Assembly: GCA_050613775.1 (NCBI GenBank)
Contig: JBODTK010000157.1
Location: forward strand, 1-64,000
DNA from: Neocallimastix sp. 'constans'
Taxonomy: Eukaryota
Direction of reading: 5' to 3'
Length of the DNA: 64,000 nucleotides
This document shows positions 56,400 to 64,000 of the stretch, piece after piece; positions within the stretch are counted from its first letter, which is position 1, and every line of letters begins with the position of its first letter. The notes below the pieces were generated by a model that was given only the letters and a program-made list of their open reading frames with translations, searched no databases and was not told the origin of the DNA. A program made the position numbers and the translations under genes.

Positions 56400-57290
56400 A
56401 TGAATTTAAATTAAAAAAAATGAAAAAATTAATTAATAAAGATGAAATGAAAAACAAAAATTGAAAACTTTTATTTAAAAATAAAAATTAATTTAATTTA
56501 GATTAATTTTAATATATTAAATAATCTATAATAAATTAAAAATTAATTAATATTATATATTGGTTTTATTTTTTATCTTTAGTTTTATTTTTTATTTGAT
56601 ATTGTTAATAAAAAAATTAAAATAAAATAATATATAAATATAAATATAAATTAAAATGTATATAAAAATATATATATAAATATATAAAAATATATAAAAT
56701 ATATAAATATATAAAAATATATAAAAAATATTAAATAGGAAATAAAAAATAAAAATATTAAAATGTAAAAATATAATAATATGATAATAAAAGTGAAATA
56801 TAAAAATATTATAAAAATATAATAAAAATAACTTTTTTTTTAAAAAAATATTATAAAAATATAATAAAAATAACTTTTTTTTATAAAGTTATTTTTATTA
56901 TATTTTTATAATATTTTTATATTTTAGAGTATTTAAAAAAAAAAAAAAGTTATTTTTATTATATTTTTATAATATTTTTAATTTTTAGAGTATTTAAAAA
57001 AAATTATTAATAGAAAATGACTCAAAAGGAAAATAATAATGAAGCAATTGAATTAAGCAGTTATCTTTTATTTTTTATTTTATTTTATTCTTTTTTTTTT
57101 TTTTTTTTTAATAAAATTTTTCCTATTTTATTTTTTTATATATGAATAAAATATCTTTTTTATTAGAAATAGTTAATAGTTTATTATAAATAAAATGAAA
57201 AAAAAAAAAAAAAATAAATAAAAAATAAAAAATAAAAATATAAAAAACAAATAATAATTACTATTTATAATAGTTTATTATGAGTAACTA
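56400..57290. repeat. Long direct repeat, copy 1 (paralogue of ~59950-60920)
   Basis: Near-identical block AATATATTAAATAATCTATAATAAATT...GATATTGTTAATAAAAAAATTAAA (56511-56620 vs 60368-60479). Further collinear diverged blocks, e.g. 57001-57070 vs 60725-60795. Confidence 0.8.
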
Positions 57291-57356
57291 ACTATTATTT
57301 TAAAAAAAAATCCCATCAATTATTTTTTTTTCTTCTATTTTTTTTTTTTTTTTTTT

Positions 57357-58495
57357 TTAAATTTTTCTTAAATCTAGTTTATTACATGATTCTAATTTAA
57401 CATATTTAACTTTTTCTATATCATTATATATATTCCTATTGAAATTTCCAAATGGTAAGCATGGACAATCCATTAGGGTATTTGAAATTATTTTGCTTAG
57501 ATTTTTAAATTTATCAATAAACGATGTTGTTTCCGTTTTATTTTCTTTATCACAATAGGCTTTGTATATAACATCAGAAATATCACAATGAATAATTTCA
57601 CCGTCAAAAGTAATGTCAGAACCACATTCTATAAGATACTTGGCAATATTCTCTGTTTCCTCCAGAATTCTTTTTTCTCTGGGTTGCAATAATTCATTAT
57701 AATCGGATGACCATCCGGTTTTAGCTTCAGGAATTTTATTAAATCCAGAAGGAACTCTTAAAGATATATGGTTTTGTATAACACTGTGATTACCAACATA
57801 TGTACATGTGAAATATTTTTTAGTAAATAAAACTGAAAGAGCTGATGGACCATAACTAATTTCTCCATAATATGATTTTGTCTTTCTTCTATAATTAACA
57901 TCTGCTCCTTGATCAACTAAGAATTTTATAGCACTTAATCGATCACCCATAAAAAGATAATGCAAGAGAGTTCTATTCTTTCGATTAGAATCTCTCAATT
58001 TAAATAATTCATTCCATTCAGCAACAAATGGAGTATTATCTACATATCGTTTATTATCTCTTTCTAAAGGAAATTTATTATTTTTCTTTTTAATCTTTTG
58101 AGAAAGACATATATTTTCTATTATAATATTTTTATGAAATTCTTCAAATGATTTTCCTTCCTTGTTTTTGATTGAAAAGTCGATATAATCCGATAGTAAT
58201 TTTAATATTTTAAAAACTAAATTTAATGAAGGCTCTGAAGAAATTTCATCAATATCATAAAAATAATTAGGTTCTAAAAGATTAATTCTTTGGCCTAAAA
58301 GATGAAAAGGTGTATTTCCATCATCATCTTGAATAGTAAAAACATCAAGTGAGTCAGATACAGAAAAAATAAAATAAAGAATTTCACTGAGTTTGAGCAT
58401 ATTAAATGTAACAATGGTTCCTTTTCATTACCATTTTCATCTACGATGGGTAAATTTATTACAGTACATATACATGGTTGTTTATTAGTACTCAT
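57357..58495 (-). pseudogene. Intronless ankyrin-repeat protein gene with a frameshift near 58390
   Basis: Ankyrin motifs DGNTPFHLL and RTLLHYL...IKFLVDQGADVN. The upstream frame from ATG 58495 supplies EPLLHLICSN, which continues as an ankyrin repeat into EILYFIF in the other frame. Confidence 0.7.
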
Positions 58496-58920
58496 ATTAT
58501 TGTAAAATAATATTTTTTTTCGGTTTCTTTTTATTTTTTTTTTTTGTTATATTTTTTATTAATATATTTTTTCTTTTTTTTTGTTATTTATTATTATTAT
58601 TTTTTTTTTTTTTGTTATATACTTTATCTATTAAAATGAGAAAAAATATATATATATATATATATTTCAGTTATTTTCTTTTATTTTTTAATATCCTCAT
58701 ATTAAGAAATTGAATAGTATTTAAATTATTAAATTCATACTATCAATTAGTGTCAACTATGGTTTACATTATTAAAAAAATCTCTTGGGAGAGTTTCGAA
58801 GCGATTTTGTAAAGTTTAAAAAAGGGAGATCATCATCTATGTTAAATACCTAACCTTTATTCCAAAAATTCTAATCCTTATTCTTTTAAATCGAACTTTA
58901 AATATAATATTTATTAATAA

Positions 58921-58964
<44 letters not shown>

Positions 58965-59949
58965 AATCTGGTTGGATACAAAAGTATCACCATCACCCAT
59001 TTCTGTATTTTCATTCTCTACAGATTTCAAGCTAGTATTTTAGTAAAATAACCATTTTCATCTCCTAATTTAACACAACAAAGTTAATATTAGTTTTAAT
59101 AATAGAATTAAGACTAATTTTTATACTTATAATAAATATATATTTTCTGGGAATATTTCTTTAACAACTAAATTAAAGAATTTGACATAATCGCAGGGTA
59201 AAAAAATACTCCATTTCTTTCGATATGATATCTATAATTTCTGATAAATAATTTATAAGTGTCTAACCAGTAACAATGACTTAAATATATCTCATAAAGA
59301 TTACTTGGAAAGTAAAATAATAATAATAATAATAATATAACACAATGGATATTAATAGATATAAGAATGAATACTAGTATATTTAATAATTGATGTATGT
59401 ACTTTTATTATTTCATTTTTTTTATTAATATTCTTTATTATTATTATAATATAATTAGTTTTATTAAACGTTTTATAATATGAATTTTTTATATCCTAAA
59501 CTATAATAAAAATAAAAAATAAATAGAAAGACTAAAAATAAAAATTTACGTATATATAAGATTCAATACTGAACCGTATATATGAAATAAAAAATTATAT
59601 AAGATTAGGTCCAATTTTTTTTTTTTTTTTTTTCTTCTTGGTAAATTTATCCATTATTTTTTTTTTTTTTAATTTAAATTAAAATTAAACTTTTTAATAG
59701 ATCAAATAATTTTTTTGAAAGCCATTAATTTTATAATCAATTAATTATTTTTTTTCATTTTTTTCATTTTTTTTTCTTTTAATTAAAGTTTTTCAGATGG
59801 ATAAAATTTAAATTTAAATCTATACTATTATATAATATTTGTAATAATTTATTATTCATTTATTTGAATAAATTTAAATATACATTTAACATAAGGTAAA
59901 AGGCTCAATTTTTTATCATTATTAATATTATAAAAATAAATAAACTAAT

Positions 59950-60920
59950 TTGATAAATTTAAATGAAAAAAAAATTAAAAAAATGAAAAAAATAAAAAAA
60001 ATTAAAATAAAATTAAAAAAAAAAAATATTAATAAAAATAAAATTAAAATATTAATAAAGACGAAATGAAAAAAAAAAAAAATGAAAATTTTTATTTAAA
60101 GAAAATAAAAATAAATAAATAAATAAATAAAAATTAATTTAATTTAGATTAATTTTGTTAGAATATGTGAATATGATGTTATAATACGTGAATATGAGAT
60201 TAATGTAATAAAATGTAATGTAATATAAATAATGTATTAGCCACAATGTATTAATATAAAAACATTTAATTTAGAATAATTAAGTGCTAGTAACTCTTTA
60301 TCACAAAAATATAATAATAAAGTTGACATAATTATAAAACCTAAATTCTTAATTCTTAACAAATTTTAATATATTAAATAATCTATAATAAATTAAAAAT
60401 TAATTAATATTATATCTTTGGTTTTATTTTTTATCTTTAGTTTTATTTTTTATTTGATATTGTTAATAAAAAAATTAAAGTAAAATAATATAAAAAAATA
60501 TATAAAATATAAATATTTATAAATATATAAATATAAATATTAAAATGTATACAAAAATATATAAATATATTAAAATATCAAAATATAATAGAAAAATATA
60601 AAAATATAATAATATTAAAATATTATAATAAGGTTAAAATTTAAAAATATGAAATATAAAAAAATATAATGTTAAAATATAATAAAAGTTAACTTTTTTT
60701 TTTATTTATTGTATTTAAAAAAAAAAATTATTAATGGATACAATGACCACAAAAGGAAAATATTGATAACAATTGAATTGGGCAGATATCTTTTATTTTT
60801 TATTTTATTTTATTTTTAAAAAGGAATAAATTTTTTGAATAATGAAGAGTTAATAATTTATAAATAATTCATAAATAAAATAAAAAAAAATTCTATTTAT
60901 AATAATAATTTATTATGAGT
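59950..60920. repeat. Long direct repeat, copy 2, carrying a solo LTR insertion
   Basis: Collinear with 56400-57290. Confidence 0.8.
60156..60361. mobile_element. Solo LTR, 206 bp, with 5-bp TSD AATTT
   Basis: TGTTAGAAT...ATTCTTAACA termini; AATTT at 60151-60155 and 60362-60366. The paralogous empty site GATT-AATTT-TAATAT is at ~56501-56515. Confidence 0.88.
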
Positions 60921-61110
60921 TCTAAATAGACTCTTATTATGAATAAATAACTAATACTCAAATATTTATTTATCCATATTAAAAAATTTATATTTATATT
61001 TATATTTTATAATATTTTTATAATTTATTATGAGTACTAAATAGATTCTTATTATGAATAAATAACTAATACTCAAATATTTATTTATCCAAATTAAAAT
61101 TTATATATTT
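60905..61110. repeat. Tandem duplication (~118-bp unit) followed by a ~20-25-bp minisatellite to ~61230
   Basis: TAATTTATTATGAGTWCTAAATAGAYTCTTATTATGAATAAATAACTAATACTCAAATATTTATTTATCCA appears twice. Confidence 0.85.
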
Positions 61111-62199
61111 AATATTTGTATTTTATATTTATTTTTAATATTTGTATTTTATATTTATTTTTAATATTTGTATTTTATATTTAATATTTGTATTTTATAT
61201 TTAATATTTGTATTTTATATTTAATATTTGTTTTTTTTAATTTTTTGTGTAATTTATATAATGATATAAATGAAAATAAAAAACCTCAATAATTTAATTA
61301 AATATATTAAAAATAAAAACAAAAAAAAAAAGAGAAAAACAATACTTGTTATTAAATTACTCCTAAGCTATTATCATTAATTAAAGGATGCTTATAAAAA
61401 GTGATAAAAAAAAAAAACAATCAATATCATAAATTCTTATTATGAAAAATAAAAAAAAAATATGTATATTAATAAAAACTAATAAAAATTAATAAAAATG
61501 GATAAAAAAAATATTAAATAAAAAACTAATATAATTTTAATTGATTTTACTTATATTATTTAAAATTTATTAAAGTTTTTTAACCTACTATAATAGAAAT
61601 AAATTAAAAACTATTATTATTTATTATTTATTTATTTATTTATTTATTTTTTAATTTTTTTTAAAACAAATCTTATTAAATTTTGAAAAGGTTGTATTTT
61701 ATACATGTGGCGTTTATATTGTTGAAATTCAACACCATAAATTTTTTAATATTTTTTTTAATACAATTGCAAGAATTGTATGTAAATAAATGAATAAATA
61801 AATAAATTATAATCAGATTTAGAATTAAATATACATGTGCTATTATTAAAAAAAAAAAAAAATAAAAAAAATAAAAATGTTGTATATATATTTTTAGAAT
61901 TAAATATACATGTGCTATTATTAAAAAAAAAAAGAAAAAAAAAATAAAATGTTGTATATATATTTTCTTTATTATCATGCAACACTGAATTAGTTTAACA
62001 TAAATTTATTTCTAATAAATAATTAAATTTTAATAATATAAAGAAATAATAAATAATTAAATATAAATAATAAAATAATTAAATATATAAATGATTAATG
62101 ATATATAACCCTAGTTCGAGGAAGTATTATTGGGATTAATTTATTAAATTTATTAAAGTTATTTATTTAATTTTATTACTATGATAAGTAAAAATATTT

Positions 62200-63850
62200 A
62201 TACTTGATTATACATTTAAAACTATCAAACAACTTTCTCAGACTTTTTTTAATTCAGAAAAAATGGTTTTTTTTTTTATGTTATTTAGTTACAATCAACT
62301 ATTTAATTAGTCGTTCCTGTGATTAAAATAAGTTCCCTTTACGTAAATTCAACCAAGTTGCAGGTAGTGAAATCTATGAATCTAGAATTCAATAAAACCG
62401 GGTATTCTTTCTTACCTCTTTTTTTTTTTATTTTTTATTTTCGTTAACGTCATTATATTGAGGAGAATAATAAAGTATCGAAGATAGGTAGGGTAAAATC
62501 AGGAGAAATCAATACCGATAGTCCAAAATATTTCTCTATATCTATATCCTTAGATTCTGGTGTTTCAAAAAGACAAAAGTAGTCGTATTCGTAGGACAAA
62601 CGTAACACTATATTTTCGTTTTCAGCATTAATTGGTATATAAACTCTTCGAATATGCGATAACTTTTTGTAATAGGAACGTTTGCTTTGAGTTTGAACAG
62701 CTATGAAAAATCATTCACAAAAATAGGATCTAATAGTATCGGATTTGACAATACTATATATAAACTAAAATTCAATTTGGACACAAAATTATTTGTGATT
62801 AATTTTTTATTTTTATTTTCCATTTCAAAATATTTTTACTGTTCGGTATATGGAACAGCGGGAAGCAATCAATCCGATTACTTAAGAAGGACTAACTACA
62901 ATTAAAATCGAAAAACACTTTTGCCATGCATAAATAGGTGTAAAATTTGTTGTCTCTATCACAATGTAAAGAATCTGGTGTAAGATAACTGTCGATCATT
63001 TCATTGATAATGCTAATGATTTCTTCTTTGGATTTTGGAGTGATTTCTGGAGAAGAATCAGGAATAATTATTTTTATATCTTCAATGACATTTTCTATAA
63101 TAATCTGTTTAATTTCACTCAATGAAAATTTAGGTTTTAAATAATGAAGAACATACACTAAAGAGATACTTTTCTTGTCATGTGATTTAATTCCTTTAAC
63201 TCCTAACAACTGGAAAAATAAGGAATAGTAAATTCGAATGGTTAAAAGAACAAGTCTTTTCATTTTCATTATCTTTTTTTTCTTCGATCTTTTTTTTTTT
63301 TTTTTTTTTTTGAAAAAGTATAATAGAAGTCAAAGTTTGTATGCTCATTACTAATTTTTTTTTTTATAGATTCATCAGTCTCTTTAGTATTCAGTATTAT
63401 TCTTACATATTCAATATATTTATAATACGTATACATTTCAAGCGATTGAAAATTTCATTCTCCATTATTCTATATATTCAATACAGTCTTTTTTATAGAT
63501 GAAAAAGGGAGTACAAAATAACTCTTGAGATACAATTACCTTCTCTATTTCATCTACTATAAATATATCGTCTATAGGTGTAGATATTCTTATTTAATAA
63601 GAGTTATGGACCAAAGAAATAAAATAGGTTTTTTCTGAATTATCAAATGATTGTATTTTTACTTCAGGAATAACAATGTCTAATGGATCTAATTTCCAGT
63701 TTTATATGTTTCAGAAATAGCTTGATATCAAATGATCTTTTTTATAACCATATTTATCAATAAACAATTTCATATAATCGATATTCTCTTTATCGTCCAT
63801 GTCGTCTTGGAATTATTTCTTTGTTAATAATTTAAAATTAATTTCTCACA
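62200..63850 (-). pseudogene. Degenerate intronless coding sequence of unknown, possibly transposon or viral, origin
   Basis: Coding-like composition over ~1.6 kb with stops and homopolymer frameshifts. The longest piece is 62892-63269. Confidence 0.5.
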
Positions 63851-63859
63851 TATAATTAA

Positions 63860-63894
<35 letters not shown>

Positions 63895-64000
63895 CAATAA
63901 CTAATAACTAATAATAATAATCAATAACTAATGACTAATAATTATAATAATAATAATCAATAACTAATGACTAATAATTATAATAATAATAATCAATAAC

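Noticed and set aside
58786..58795. GGGAGAGTT match to the MITE A left end
   Set aside because: Only 9 bp, with no subterminal repeats, right end or TSD.

Overview
Extremely AT-rich eukaryotic genomic DNA with short GT-AG introns, long homopolymers and many microsatellites. This composition, plus an intronless secreted CE2 esterase, fits an anaerobic gut fungus (Neocallimastigomycota); that assignment is inferred, not shown. Eight genes were rebuilt by hand, several of them fragmented or missed by the ORF track: an Hrp1/Musashi-like 2xRRM protein (5 exons), centromeric histone CENP-A (4 exons), RNA polymerase I subunit Rpa12 (4 exons), an orphan membrane protein, a ~2838-aa UBA + SEL1-repeat protein, a GT32 (Och1-like) glycosyltransferase, a CE2/SGNH esterase, and a frameshifted ankyrin-repeat gene. 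The intergenic DNA holds many mobile elements: a tRNA-headed SINE with templated CCA and a 15-bp target-site duplication (TSD), four copies of one MITE and one related MITE, solo LTRs (one supported by an empty paralogous site in the window), and decayed LINE sequence. I found no convincing new multi-gene system. The best leads are the SINE, a UAGU cluster in an intron of the RRM gene, poly(A)-AG splice acceptors, the MITE junction pattern, and the repeat-flanked ankyrin gene. Most other short ORFs are microsatellite or antisense artefacts.
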